Below, piece by piece: positions 53,275 through 64,000 of a stretch of DNA of 64,000 bases. How positions within the stretch are numbered: position 1 is the stretch's first letter; every line of letters starts with the position of its first letter. Made by a program: the position numbers and the translations under genes. Source of the stretch: Shigella phage ESh28. The DNA is taken from sequence record ON528738, one strand, 5' to 3'. The notes beneath the pieces are model-generated. The model saw only the letters and a list, made by a program, of their open reading frames with translations, was not told the DNA's origin and did no database searches.

Positions 53275-53955
53275 ATGATAGATAAAGATTATATTGCAGA
53301 GCTGAAGGCTCTTGATGATAACAAAGAAGCTAAAGCTAAATTAGCTGAATATGCTGAACAGTTTGGTATAAAGGTCAAAAAGAATAAATCTTTTGATAAT
53401 ATCGTTGCTGATATTGAAGAAGCTCTCCAGAAGCTCGCTAGTGAACCTATGCCAGAGACTGATGGGTTATCTATTAAAGACTTAATCAATGCTGCTGATG
53501 CCGCAGAGGGATTAAAATATGACGATGAAGAAGTCAATCCAGAAGCAGCACTTTTGATTGATTCTCCGGTTAAATCTGACATTAAAATTGAAGTAGTAGA
53601 AACGGATAAAATTCCTGAAAATACCTCAGTTTTGATTGAAGATACTCCTTTTGTTGAAGAAAAATTCGAACAAGCTGTAGCTGAGATTATTGAATCTGAA
53701 AAGCCGTCTGTATTTACTCTTCCGGAAAACTTTAGTCCGAATCTTCAGCTGATTGGAAAAAATCCAGGATTCTGCACTGTTCCTTGGTGGATTTATCAAT
53801 GGATTGCTGAAACTCCTGATTGGAAATCTCACCCAACTAGTTTTGAACATGCGTCAGCACACCAAACTTTATTTAGCTTAATTTATTACATTAACCGCGA
53901 CGGATCAGTTCTAATTCGTGAAACACGCAATTCTTCTTTCGTAACATTAAAATAA
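53275..53955 (+). CDS. inh: probable Inh, inhibitor of prohead protease
   Basis: 226 aa; position between uvsW and hoc; assignment by synteny and partial recall. Confidence 0.65.
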   Translation: MIDKDYIAELKALDDNKEAKAKLAEYAEQFGIKVKKNKSFDNIVADIEEALQKLASEPMPETDGLSIKDLINAADAAEGLKYDDEEVNPEAALLIDSPVKSDIKIEVVETDKIPENTSVLIEDTPFVEEKFEQAVAEIIESEKPSVFTLPENFSPNLQLIGKNPGFCTVPWWIYQWIAETPDWKSHPTSFEHASAHQTLFSLIYYINRDGSVLIRETRNSSFVTLK

Positions 53956-53964
53956 GGATAACTT

Positions 53965-55383
53965 ATGACTTTTACAGTTGATATAACTCCTAAAACACCA
54001 ACGGGGGTTATTGATGAAACCAAGCAGTTTACTGCTGCACCCAGTGGTCAAACTGAAGGTGGAACTATTACCTATGCTTGGAGTGTAGATAATGTTCCAC
54101 AGGATGGAGCTGAAGCAACCTTTAATTATGTATTAAAAGGACCTGCTGGTCAAAAGACTATTAAAGTGGTTGCAACAAATACAGTTCCAGAAGCTGAAGC
54201 TGAAACAGCTGAAATTAGTACAACTATCACAGTTCAAAATAAGACACAGACAACTACCTTAGCTGTAACTCCTAATAGTCCTCCAGAAGGAGTAATCGGA
54301 ACAGCTGTTGAATTTACTGCTGCTTTAGCTTCGCAGCCATCGGGCGCAACTGCTACGTATCAATGGTACGTTGACGATTCTCCTGTGGGCGAAGCAACTT
54401 CTGCTACATTCAATTATACTCCTACTACAAGCGGAGTTAAAAAAATTAAGTGTGTAGCTCAAGTAACTGCTGATGATTATAATGCACTGAGCGTTACTTC
54501 TAATGAAGTATCATTGACGGTTAATAAAAAGACGCAGACAACTACATTGGCAGTAACTCCTGCTAGTCCTTCAGCTGGAGTAATTGGAACCCCAGTTCAA
54601 TTTACTGCTGCCTTAGCTTCTCAACCGTCTGGAGCGTCTGCTACGTATCAATGGTATGTAGATGACTCTCAAGTTAGTGGAGAAACTAACTCTACATTTA
54701 ACTATACTCCAACTACAAATGGAGTCAAAAGAATTAAATGCGTAGCCCAAGTAACTGCTGATGATTATAATGCAAAAGAAGTTACTTCCAATGAAGTATC
54801 ATTGACAGTTAATAAGAAGACAATGAATCCACAGGTTACATTGACTCCTCCTTCTATTAATGTTCAGCAAGATGCTTCGGCTACATTTACGGCTAATGTT
54901 ACGGATGCTCCAGAAGAAGCACAAATTACTTACTCGTGGAAGAAAGATTCTTCTCCTGTAGAAGGGTCAACTAACGTATATACTGTCGATACCTCATCTG
55001 TTGGAAGTCAAACTATTGAAGTTACTGCTGTCGTTGCAGCAACTGATTATGATAGCAAAACAGTTAAAACAACAGGTCAAGTTCAAGTGACTGATAAAGT
55101 TGCTCCTGAACCAGAAGGTGAATTACCTTATGTTCATCCTCTTCCACATCGTACTTCAGCTTACATCTGGTGCGGTTGGTGGGTTATGGATGAAATCCAA
55201 AAAATGACTGAAGAAGGTAAAGATTGGAAAACTGAAGATCCAGATAGTAAGTACTACTTGCATCGTTACACTCTTCAGAAGATGATGAAAGATTATCCAG
55301 AAGTTGATGTCCAAGAATCGCGTAATGGATACATCATTCACAAAACTGCTTTAGAAACTGGTATCATCTATACCTATCCATAA
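53965..55383 (+). CDS. hoc: Hoc highly immunogenic outer capsid protein with an extra Ig-like domain
   Basis: 472 aa vs 376 in T4 as recalled; MTFTVDITPKTPTGVIDETKQFTAAP; tandem near-duplicate ~96-aa Ig-like modules; conserved capsid-binding C-terminus. Confidence 0.85.
   Translation: MTFTVDITPKTPTGVIDETKQFTAAPSGQTEGGTITYAWSVDNVPQDGAEATFNYVLKGPAGQKTIKVVATNTVPEAEAETAEISTTITVQNKTQTTTLAVTPNSPPEGVIGTAVEFTAALASQPSGATATYQWYVDDSPVGEATSATFNYTPTTSGVKKIKCVAQVTADDYNALSVTSNEVSLTVNKKTQTTTLAVTPASPSAGVIGTPVQFTAALASQPSGASATYQWYVDDSQVSGETNSTFNYTPTTNGVKRIKCVAQVTADDYNAKEVTSNEVSLTVNKKTMNPQVTLTPPSINVQQDASATFTANVTDAPEEAQITYSWKKDSSPVEGSTNVYTVDTSSVGSQTIEVTAVVAATDYDSKTVKTTGQVQVTDKVAPEPEGELPYVHPLPHRTSAYIWCGWWVMDEIQKMTEEGKDWKTEDPDSKYYLHRYTLQKMMKDYPEVDVQESRNGYIIHKTALETGIIYTYP
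54238..54522 (+). repeat. hoc: hoc internal tandem repeat, copy 1 (one Ig-like domain)
   Basis: Encodes NKTQTTTLAVTPNSPPEGVIGTAVEFTAALASQPSGATATYQWYVDDSPVGEATSATFNYTPTTSGVKKIKCVAQVTADDYNALSVTSNEVSLTV. Confidence 0.8.
54523..54810 (+). repeat. hoc: hoc internal tandem repeat, copy 2
   Basis: Encodes NKKTQTTTLAVTPASPSAGVIGTPVQFTAALASQPSGASATYQWYVDDSQVSGETNSTFNYTPTTNGVKRIKCVAQVTADDYNAKEVTSNEVSLTV; high nucleotide similarity to copy 1 by eye. Confidence 0.8.
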
Positions 55384-55387
55384 TCGT

Positions 55388-55414
55388 AGGGGCTTCGGCC
55401 CCTTTCTTCATTTT
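55388..55414 (+). terminator. intrinsic terminator after hoc (UUCG tetraloop)
   Basis: AGGGGC-TTCG-GCCCCT followed by TTCTTCATTTT. Confidence 0.65.
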
Positions 55415-55471
55415 GAAAGCACACAAAACACAATCAGAAAATGATGTATATAATGGCACCAACTCGATAAC

Positions 55472-55687
55472 ATGAGATTGATTATGAGAACTGAGGTTGT
55501 GGTGTTTACACTCCATGAGTCTGGAAAGTCATTCATTGAAATTGCTCGTGAATTGAACTTACAGGCAAAGGAAGTGGCTGTATTATGGGCTCGAGCTATG
55601 ACTGCTAAGAATAAATTTGAGACTCGAGAAAAAGTTGTCTATAGAAAAAGACATATCAATAAAAAGGTGAAAAATGGAACAGTATGA
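55472..55687 (+). CDS. hypothetical protein (71 aa)
   Basis: ATG start; ORF from track; alternative ATG at 55484. Confidence 0.4.
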   Translation: MRLIMRTEVVVFTLHESGKSFIEIARELNLQAKEVAVLWARAMTAKNKFETREKVVYRKRHINKKVKNGTV

Positions 55688-55952
55688 TCTTTATGAAAAT
55701 GAATCTTTTGCTAATCAATTACGTGAAAAAGCATTAAAAAGTAAACAGTTTAAGCTAGAGTGTTTTATTAAAGATTTTTCGGAACTTGCTAATAAAGCAG
55801 CTGAACAAGGTAAAACATATTTTAGTTATTATTGTACTGCTCGCGATAAATTGATTACTGAAGAAATTGGTGATTGGCTGAGAAAAGAAGGATTTAGCTT
55901 TAAAGTCAATAGTGATCAGCGTGATGGTGATTGGTTAGAAATTACATTTTGA
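55674..55952 (+). CDS. hypothetical protein (92 aa)
   Basis: ATG with AAGGTGA SD. Confidence 0.45.
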   Translation: MEQYDLYENESFANQLREKALKSKQFKLECFIKDFSELANKAAEQGKTYFSYYCTARDKLITEEIGDWLRKEGFSFKVNSDQRDGDWLEITF

Positions 55953-55961
55953 GGATTAATT

Positions 55962-56966
55962 ATGTTTAAAAAGTATAGCAGTCTTGAAAATCATTACAAT
56001 TCTAAATTCATTGAAAAACTTTATAGTTTAGGATTGACTGGTGGCGAATGGGTAGCTCGTGAAAAGATTCATGGCACAAATTTCTCATTAATTATTGAGC
56101 GTGATAAAGTAACTTGTGCTAAACGCACTGGTCCTATTCTTCCTGCTGAAGATTTCTTTGGGTATGAAATTATTTTGAAGAATTACGCTGATTCCATTAA
56201 AGCAGTACAAGATATTATGGAAACTTCAGCGGTTGTATCTTATCAAGTCTTCGGTGAATTCGCCGGACCTGGCATTCAGAAGAATGTCGATTATGGCGAT
56301 AAAGATTTTTATGTATTTGACATTATTGTTACTACAGAAAGTGGTGATGTGACTTATGTCGATGATTATATGATGGAATCATTCTGCAATACATTTAAAT
56401 TTAAAATGGCTCCACTTTTAGGTCGCGGTAAATTTGAAGAACTTATTAAATTGCCAAATGATTTAGATTCTGTCGTCCAGGATTATAATTTTACGGTAGA
56501 CCATGCTGGATTAGTTGATGCAAATAAATGCGTTTGGAATGCTGAAGTAAAAGGCGAAGTATTTACCGCTGAAGGATATGTATTGAAACCTTGTTATCCT
56601 TCTTGGATGCCTAATGGCAATCGCGTAGCTATCAAATGCAAGAACTCTAAATTTAGTGAAAAGAAAAAGTCTGATAAGCCTATTAAAGCTAAAGTTGAAC
56701 TGTCAGAAGCTGATAACAAATTGGTTGGAATTTTAGCTTGTTACGTTACACTGAACCGAGTAAATAACGTTATTTCTAAAATTGGTGAAATTGGTCCAAA
56801 AGATTTTGGAAAGGTGATGGGGCTAACTGTTCAAGATATTTTGGAAGAAACTTCTCGTGAAGGTATTACTCTAACTCAAGCGGATAATCCTTCTTTGATT
56901 AAGAAGGAATTAGTTAAAATGGTACAAGATGTACTTCGTCCGGCTTGGATTGAATTGGTAAGTTAA
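55962..56966 (+). CDS. rnlB: RNA ligase 2
   Basis: 334 aa (T4 Rnl2 length); nucleotidyltransferase motif KIHGTN; recalled sequence. Confidence 0.85.
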   Translation: MFKKYSSLENHYNSKFIEKLYSLGLTGGEWVAREKIHGTNFSLIIERDKVTCAKRTGPILPAEDFFGYEIILKNYADSIKAVQDIMETSAVVSYQVFGEFAGPGIQKNVDYGDKDFYVFDIIVTTESGDVTYVDDYMMESFCNTFKFKMAPLLGRGKFEELIKLPNDLDSVVQDYNFTVDHAGLVDANKCVWNAEVKGEVFTAEGYVLKPCYPSWMPNGNRVAIKCKNSKFSEKKKSDKPIKAKVELSEADNKLVGILACYVTLNRVNNVISKIGEIGPKDFGKVMGLTVQDILEETSREGITLTQADNPSLIKKELVKMVQDVLRPAWIELVS

Positions 56967-56970
56967 ATAA

Positions 56971-56992
56971 AAAGGGACCTTTCGGTCCCTTT
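56971..56992. terminator. bidirectional terminator between convergent rnlB and gene 24
   Basis: AAAGGGACC-TTTC-GGTCCCTTT flanked by A-run upstream and GTTTTATT downstream. Confidence 0.7.
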
Positions 56993-56995
56993 GTT

Positions 56996-58279
56996 TTATT
57001 CATCAATGATAATTTTTGGTAGCTTAACACCTAATAAAACAGACAAATCTGAACGACCCGCCATTTTATCCATGTCTCCACCATCAATTACTCTTGCTTC
57101 TTTTTCATCTTTTGCTACAGTGTAAGGATTTGCAGATAAAGCATATCTAACTAATAAACCGATAGATGGCTGCAAACTTTCTGGATCAACTACAACTTTA
57201 AATGCACCTACATGTTCAGGGTCATCTAAGTCAAGACCTTCTGTATACGGGGCATAGAAAATTGATCCAACAATTTCTTTTTCACCAATATTTTCTACTA
57301 CGCCAACGATTACATAATCTAATGGACTGTTGGTATCGCAATAAAGCGGTAAACCATTAGCTAAGAACCCGTAGGCATTTTGTGAAAGATATTTATCATC
57401 TTCTGGTTTATGTTTTAACCAACCTGATGCAGCAAGAATCGCAGCGGCACGAGCTGAAGCAACACAGAACGTTGCTGTATAAGTTGATTCTTTTTGGATA
57501 TGTGAAACCATTTCACACACCATTCGGTATAATGAACGACCAGCTTCAGGTGCAGATGCATAACTCAAATCAATGAATCCAGTATCAGTAATTCCTGTAA
57601 CTTTATAGCGTTTTGACACTGTAATCAAAGACTGCAGAATATCTTTATTGATTTCATCTGCCATTTCGGTTGCAAGCAAATCTTCCAAGAAATTAGGAGC
57701 ATCGAATCCATTTGCTTCTAAATCTTGTGCTAATTCGACTGTGATGCCAGTTTTAAGTTTACGAGATTTAACTGCGGTTTGCCATTTATTAATCTGGAAT
57801 CTAGCATCCGCAATTTCGCTATCAGAGCTTTCAAATTTGCTTGTTACTGCAGCATCAGAAAATAGACGAACTTTTAAAAGAACAATTGCAATCTGAAGAG
57901 CTAATTCTAAATCGCTTTCTTCAATATCAGCAAATGGTGTATCTTCTAATACTTTATAAACGATATTATTATATTTGAATAAATCACCTTTATTGAGAGT
58001 TAATTTAGACTCTTCTGTTAATTCTGTGATTTGTTCTCGGTCTACATATCCAGCTTCGCCCGCATAAGTAGCACCAGTTTTAAATGTAAATTCGTTGTCT
58101 GGGTTAAGGTATTTGATACCATAAAAAGCAGCAACAGGTTGATTAGTTCTTTGCGTTGCTACAATGTCAGAATATATTAATTTAGTGGTAGCGCGAGTCA
58201 AAGCAACGAGATTTGGGCGACCGATTGAGTTGCTATTCGTTGTGGTTGATTCGCGCAGAAGTTCGTTGATTTTAGCCAT
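56996..58279 (-). CDS. 24: gp24 capsid vertex protein
   Basis: 427 aa (T4 gp24 length); late promoter upstream on minus strand. Confidence 0.85.
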   Translation of the reverse strand: MAKINELLRESTTTNSNSIGRPNLVALTRATTKLIYSDIVATQRTNQPVAAFYGIKYLNPDNEFTFKTGATYAGEAGYVDREQITELTEESKLTLNKGDLFKYNNIVYKVLEDTPFADIEESDLELALQIAIVLLKVRLFSDAAVTSKFESSDSEIADARFQINKWQTAVKSRKLKTGITVELAQDLEANGFDAPNFLEDLLATEMADEINKDILQSLITVSKRYKVTGITDTGFIDLSYASAPEAGRSLYRMVCEMVSHIQKESTYTATFCVASARAAAILAASGWLKHKPEDDKYLSQNAYGFLANGLPLYCDTNSPLDYVIVGVVENIGEKEIVGSIFYAPYTEGLDLDDPEHVGAFKVVVDPESLQPSIGLLVRYALSANPYTVAKDEKEARVIDGGDMDKMAGRSDLSVLLGVKLPKIIIDE

Positions 58280-58306
58280 TGCGCTTTCCTTTTGGTTTAT
58301 ATGATT

Positions 58307-58314
58307 TATTTATA
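58307..58314 (-). promoter_or_regulatory. late promoter (TATAAATA) for gene 24
   Basis: Minus-strand TATAAATA ~30 nt upstream of gene 24 ATG. Confidence 0.65.
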
Positions 58315-58330
58315 CCATAAAAACAACTAA

Positions 58331-58348
58331 AGGGACCCGAAGGTCCCT
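58331..58348 (-). terminator. terminator-like hairpin after gene 23
   Basis: Minus-strand AGGGACC-UUCG-GGUCCCU followed by U-rich TTAGTTGTTTTTATGG. Confidence 0.55.
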
Positions 58349-58362
58349 TAAATCGTCAAAGA

Positions 58363-59928
58363 TTAGATACCTTTAACATATACACGTCTAAAGTAAGCGT
58401 TTTTACCAAGGCTGTTCAGGATAGAAGGCATACCACTCTGAATGCGAGAAGCCGGAGCCTGAGCAGCGGATTCTGCAAATGGGTTGATACCGATACCGTA
58501 ACGAGTTTTGAATCCCATTACTGGTTGGAAGTTCTTCGGATCGGAACCACGCAGCGGAGTCAGAGCTACATATGGAGCATAGTAAATACCAGCATCCATT
58601 TCGTTCGGACCTTTATAACCTACAGTGAAATAATCCTGTTTAGCATACTGGTCGATATATACACGGTATTTACCACCCAGAACACCAGCAAATACTGACT
58701 TGGTAGTATCAGTGTTAAAGCCGGTAGCCAGACCCTGTGCAGCATAAGAAATGCCGGTATCAACTGAAGCCAGAACGTTAACTACGTTACGGGAAGCGAT
58801 AATGAAGTTACCTTCACCACGACCAGTCTGACGAGCAATTTCAACTGCTTCTTTGTCAATCTGGAACAACAGAGCTTTAAAGGATTCACCTGCCCAGCGA
58901 GCACCACGAATATCGATTGGGTCCTGGAAGTCAAATACACCAGCTTTAGAACCCGGAGTCAGGGTCATACCAGATTTACCAACCTGAGCTGAGTAGTTAA
59001 TCCAATCAACAACTTCACGGTTGATTTCCAGCATGATTTCTGTAGCCAGAATACCAGACAGTTCAGCATCAGCATCCATACCGTGAACAGCGCGGAGGTC
59101 CTGTGCTAATTCGATAGAGTAAGCAGCTTTCAGCTGGCGAGATTTAGCTTCGATAACTTGTTTATCGATACGGAAGCCCATTTCATTCCATGGGTTATCG
59201 GTAGAACCGTTGAAACCTTCCTGGAGTTCAGCGATAGAAGTAGCCATACCTTCAGCGATTTCTACCAGTACACCAGCTTCCATTTGTTTCTTAATTTCAG
59301 CATCTAATTTAGCTGCGTCAGATGCAGTAGAACTAATTGTTACTTGAGCAGAAGCCTGCAGATACACAGTACCAGTGTCCTGGAAGAAGTGAGTATAGAT
59401 ATCACCTACTGTGGTTTGTGTGCTAGCAGCCAGAGCTGTGAATTTCTTAGCAGCACCCTGACCAGAGAACATTGCATCTGGACCATACATTGGGTGGAAT
59501 GCTTCTTTAGCACCGGCAGCGATTGGGTCTTTACCGTATACTGCACGCAGTGCGAATACCTGACCGGTCGGGCTGTTCATCGGCTGAACACCACAAATAT
59601 CGAAAGCAATCAGGTTAGGAATAGCACGACGTACCATACCCATAACAGCTGGGCCAATCTGAGTTACTGCGCCAGAAGTCTGACCTGCAGCGATGTTGGT
59701 AGCATTGTAACCGTGGTCACCACCGATTTCAGCTTCTGTTAAGAAAGAACCGAATGCCTGGGCAATTTTTTCGTCTTTATATTCCGGAGCTGTCTGGAAA
59801 TCTTTTTCCTGGTTTTCAAAGATTTTAGCGATAATCGCTTGTTTGCTATTAGCAATTTCCGGTAAACCTTCACCTTCCAGTAATGGCTTCCATTTGTTCA
59901 AAAGTTCAGCTTTAGTTTTGATAGTCAT
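58363..59928 (-). CDS. 23: gp23 major capsid protein
   Basis: 521 aa (T4 gp23 length); MTIKTKAELLNKWKPLLEGEGLPEIANSKQAIIAKIF. Confidence 0.9.
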   Translation of the reverse strand: MTIKTKAELLNKWKPLLEGEGLPEIANSKQAIIAKIFENQEKDFQTAPEYKDEKIAQAFGSFLTEAEIGGDHGYNATNIAAGQTSGAVTQIGPAVMGMVRRAIPNLIAFDICGVQPMNSPTGQVFALRAVYGKDPIAAGAKEAFHPMYGPDAMFSGQGAAKKFTALAASTQTTVGDIYTHFFQDTGTVYLQASAQVTISSTASDAAKLDAEIKKQMEAGVLVEIAEGMATSIAELQEGFNGSTDNPWNEMGFRIDKQVIEAKSRQLKAAYSIELAQDLRAVHGMDADAELSGILATEIMLEINREVVDWINYSAQVGKSGMTLTPGSKAGVFDFQDPIDIRGARWAGESFKALLFQIDKEAVEIARQTGRGEGNFIIASRNVVNVLASVDTGISYAAQGLATGFNTDTTKSVFAGVLGGKYRVYIDQYAKQDYFTVGYKGPNEMDAGIYYAPYVALTPLRGSDPKNFQPVMGFKTRYGIGINPFAESAAQAPASRIQSGMPSILNSLGKNAYFRRVYVKGI

Positions 59929-59946
59929 TTGTGTTAACCTTTAAAA

Positions 59947-60756
59947 TTAGAAACGAGATGCGACTTTCGCATATACACTTACAATATCTTCTGCACCAGG
60001 TGCAGCTTTATCTTCTACAGCTTCAGTGACGAAATTCAGTCCGGCTGCTTCAGTATCAGGAGTATTTATACCCTCAGTAATAGTGCTTTCATCTTTATTA
60101 GATTTCTTCACCATTTCTACGATTGCACTCAATTTACTTGAGAATGCATCTGAATAATCCATACCTTCGACCAGAGCAGAGACTTTTTCTTTTTGAGACT
60201 CAGTCAGATCTTTAGTACTTTCGCTCAATGCCACTTCACGCTGCACATAATTGATATATGCGTCGCGCATATTGAGTTCTTCGAACAGACGAGCTGATTC
60301 TTCTTTATGTTCTTGCAGCTCTTCTTCCATTTCAGCTACAACATCAACTGATTCTTCTGGAACAACAACGTTGTGTTCAACAAAGAGCTCTTTTAATCCA
60401 CCAAGCATGGATTCAAACAGTTCGGCTTTGATACCTTTATCAACTGCTAATTTATTTTCAGCGAGCCATTCTTTCGCAAGATGGTCAATGAATTTAGAAG
60501 CTTGCTCAGCGATTTTCTTCTCAGCTTTTTCTTCGGCTTCTTCTTTATTTTTTTCTACTTCTTCTTCTGCTTTTTCAGCAATTTTAGCGATATGAGATTC
60601 AGCTAATTTAACGGCGTGCTGCTTGACGGTAGCTTCGAATACAGTGCCGAAAGTTTCTTTTGCTTCCGGAGAAATATTAACTGATTCGAAAATACTATCA
60701 AGAGCAACGGAAGCATCAATTTTCTGCGCTTCGGCAATCAGTTGTTCTTTAAGCAT
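59947..60756 (-). CDS. 22: gp22 prohead core scaffold protein
   Basis: 269 aa; acidic coiled-coil-like; synteny 20-67-68-21-22-23. Confidence 0.85.
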   Translation of the reverse strand: MLKEQLIAEAQKIDASVALDSIFESVNISPEAKETFGTVFEATVKQHAVKLAESHIAKIAEKAEEEVEKNKEEAEEKAEKKIAEQASKFIDHLAKEWLAENKLAVDKGIKAELFESMLGGLKELFVEHNVVVPEESVDVVAEMEEELQEHKEESARLFEELNMRDAYINYVQREVALSESTKDLTESQKEKVSALVEGMDYSDAFSSKLSAIVEMVKKSNKDESTITEGINTPDTEAAGLNFVTEAVEDKAAPGAEDIVSVYAKVASRF

Positions 60757-60783
60757 TTTGTAGTCCTGTTGTTTAGATAATAA

Positions 60784-60791
60784 TATTTATA
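60784..60791 (-). promoter_or_regulatory. late promoter (TATAAATA) for gene 22, overlapping the 3' end of gene 21
   Basis: Minus-strand TATAAATA ~30 nt upstream of gene 22 ATG. Confidence 0.6.
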
Positions 60792-61425
60792 ACGCTTTTT
60801 TCATGGCCTCTGCGAGAGCCATATAGGCGTCATCGGCACTTGTATCGGCTTCCGCCGTCTGTGATTCGGTAATTTCCTTAGGAGTTACCCATGCATCTGG
60901 AGCACTTGGACCCCATACTGCATCAACACCTACAGTTAATTTGAATCCTTCGTTTACGATACGATAACCTTTATTTGTGTCAGTCAATGAACCTAATCCA
61001 CGAGAAGAAACTCCTGGAATCCATCCGGCACGAATATTAGCTGCTAATTTATCTCCAGGACCATGGTCACCTTCAATAACACGAGCTCGTCCGTATACGT
61101 CATTTCCTTTCCACCACATATCTTCTATAATGATAGCGGCTTGCATCGGGTCAACATTAGCGCGTGGAGGATGATTTAATTCTCCGAGAGCTTGTTTAGT
61201 TAAAACTTGCTCATTAATATAGTCTTTTACCGCTTTTTCTAATATACGTTTTGGATAAAGACGTTTATTTCTATTGACGACTTCCGCTTGCATGAATATT
61301 CCTTCGATGTATAAACCCGGTTTTAAACCTAAGTCTTTTCCATCATGAGATTCAAGCATTGGCACGCCATCAATAATTTCGCCAGGTTGACCCCAAGTTT
61401 CAATTAGTAATTGGGGTTCATTCAT
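60787..61425 (-). CDS. 21: gp21 prohead protease
   Basis: 212 aa (T4 gp21 length); synteny. Confidence 0.85.
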   Translation of the reverse strand: MNEPQLLIETWGQPGEIIDGVPMLESHDGKDLGLKPGLYIEGIFMQAEVVNRNKRLYPKRILEKAVKDYINEQVLTKQALGELNHPPRANVDPMQAAIIIEDMWWKGNDVYGRARVIEGDHGPGDKLAANIRAGWIPGVSSRGLGSLTDTNKGYRIVNEGFKLTVGVDAVWGPSAPDAWVTPKEITESQTAEADTSADDAYMALAEAMKKAL

Positions 61426-61850
61426 TAGCTTAATCCTAATGCTTTACGGCGTTTAAGAGCTTTTTTACGCTTACGCTGAGCACGAGATTGACCTGCTGGA
61501 TTGGCAATCTTCGTTTTGGTAGCTTTACGAGCAATTTGTCTACGTTTTGCTTTAGACAGCCCAGTGGTTTGAAATGCATTTCGTTCGCGGGTTTTGCGAT
61601 CTTTAGTGCGAGTAATTTCACCACGGGCGGAAACATGTTTAACGATGAATTCATTTAACGGCATATTTTCATTAATAGAAGCTAATGCAACCGCTAAATC
61701 AGTTTCATCATCAAGCATATTCTCGACAATTGTATTTATATCGTCTTTATTTAAAGCAGAAGACAATTCGTCAAAGCGACCCTGTGCTTCAGGAATAAGT
61801 GCTTCGACATTCTCGAGAACTAATTCATGAGTTTCAGGGATCAGAAGCAT
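61425..61850 (-). CDS. 68: gp68 prohead core protein
   Basis: 141 aa; synteny. Confidence 0.75.
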
Positions 61851-62097
61851 TATTCATCATCCTCGTCTTCGTCATCTTCGTCAGAGTCTTTGTCTTTTTT
61901 ATCGTCTTTATCATCACCATCTTCGTCTTCGTCATCATCCTCGTCTTCAGGTTCTTCACCTTCGATTAAGAAATTACGAGCGATAGCGATTTTTTCTTCT
62001 TTAATTAAATCAATCGTTCTTGCAGCCATGGCTTCAGCAAATAATTTACGAGCGGCTACGAGGTCGTTTGATTTAATAGCTTCAATTAAACCTTCCA

Positions 62098-62098
<1 letters not shown>
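61850..62098 (-). CDS. 67: gp67 prohead core protein
   Basis: 82 aa with poly-acidic Asp/Glu C-terminus; synteny. Confidence 0.75.
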
Positions 62099-63723
<1,625 letters not shown>

Positions 63724-63732
63724 TTAAGCAGG

Positions 63733-63750
63733 ATGGGGATTTCTCCCCAT
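63733..63750 (-). other. RNA hairpin just downstream of gene 19 stop
   Basis: ATGGGGA-TTTC-TCCCCAT perfect 7-bp stem; no clear U-tract. Confidence 0.45.
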
Positions 63751-63755
63751 TCATT

Positions 63756-64000
63756 TTATTCCCAATAATCGAGAGCGAGAGTTACTTCAAAGGTTTGGAT
63801 TTCATTGTTTGAATCCCAATCTAATTGAAGTTCACCCACGTTAGTAGGCCACAGGCCTTTAATTTCAACTTCTTTTGTTACAGTTTTAGCGTCACGAGCA
63901 TATTGGCGAACAACAGCGCTCTTTTTATACTCTGCTGGTTTTCCACCAGTAATTTCGTTCCCTTGCCCAGCAGCAATGCTTTGCCAATCAACAAACTTCT
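63756..64000 (-). CDS. 19: gp19 tail tube protein, C-terminal part (runs beyond window end)
   Basis: Minus-strand frame open from window end to stop at 63756-63758; C-terminus ...NVGELQLDWDSNNEIQTFEVTLALDYWE matches recalled T4 gp19; absent from track because no start lies in window. Confidence 0.8.
   Translation of the reverse strand, partial: KFVDWQSIAAGQGNEITGGKPAEYKKSAVVRQYARDAKTVTKEVEIKGLWPTNVGELQLDWDSNNEIQTFEVTLALDYWE

Overview
This window reads as a contiguous segment of a T4-like (Tequatrovirus-type) phage genome, running from the 3' part of gene 52 (topoisomerase II medium subunit) to the 3' end of gene 19 (tail tube). Gene calls rest on the supplied ORF track plus my recall of T4 protein sequences; no database search was possible. 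Plus-strand early/middle modules: motA/asiA/arn; rnh-dsbA-33-59-32; frd-td-nrdA-nrdB-denA; rnlA-alc-spanins-pseT; cd; 31; rIII; the 30.x cluster with DNA ligase; alt. Minus-strand late structural modules: holin t and tail fibre genes 38-37-36-35-34; baseplate hub 54-48-29-28-27-51; head genes 24-23-22-21-68-67-20-19. Genes 26-25, uvsY, inh, hoc and rnlB are on the plus strand, uvsW on the minus. I found no single large novel system. The observations most worth follow-up are two tandem diverged Alt ADP-ribosyltransferase genes, a Hoc gene carrying an extra Ig-like domain from a tandem ~290-bp duplication, a 68-aa ORF sitting between frd and td with start/stop overlaps at both ends, a near-identical ~56-bp promoter-in-hairpin element present twice, and a NADAR-family ORF (30.3 position). 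td and nrdB are intronless and no homing endonuclease gene is visible. Several ORF-track starts are TTG/GTG artefacts and were moved to the downstream ATG.
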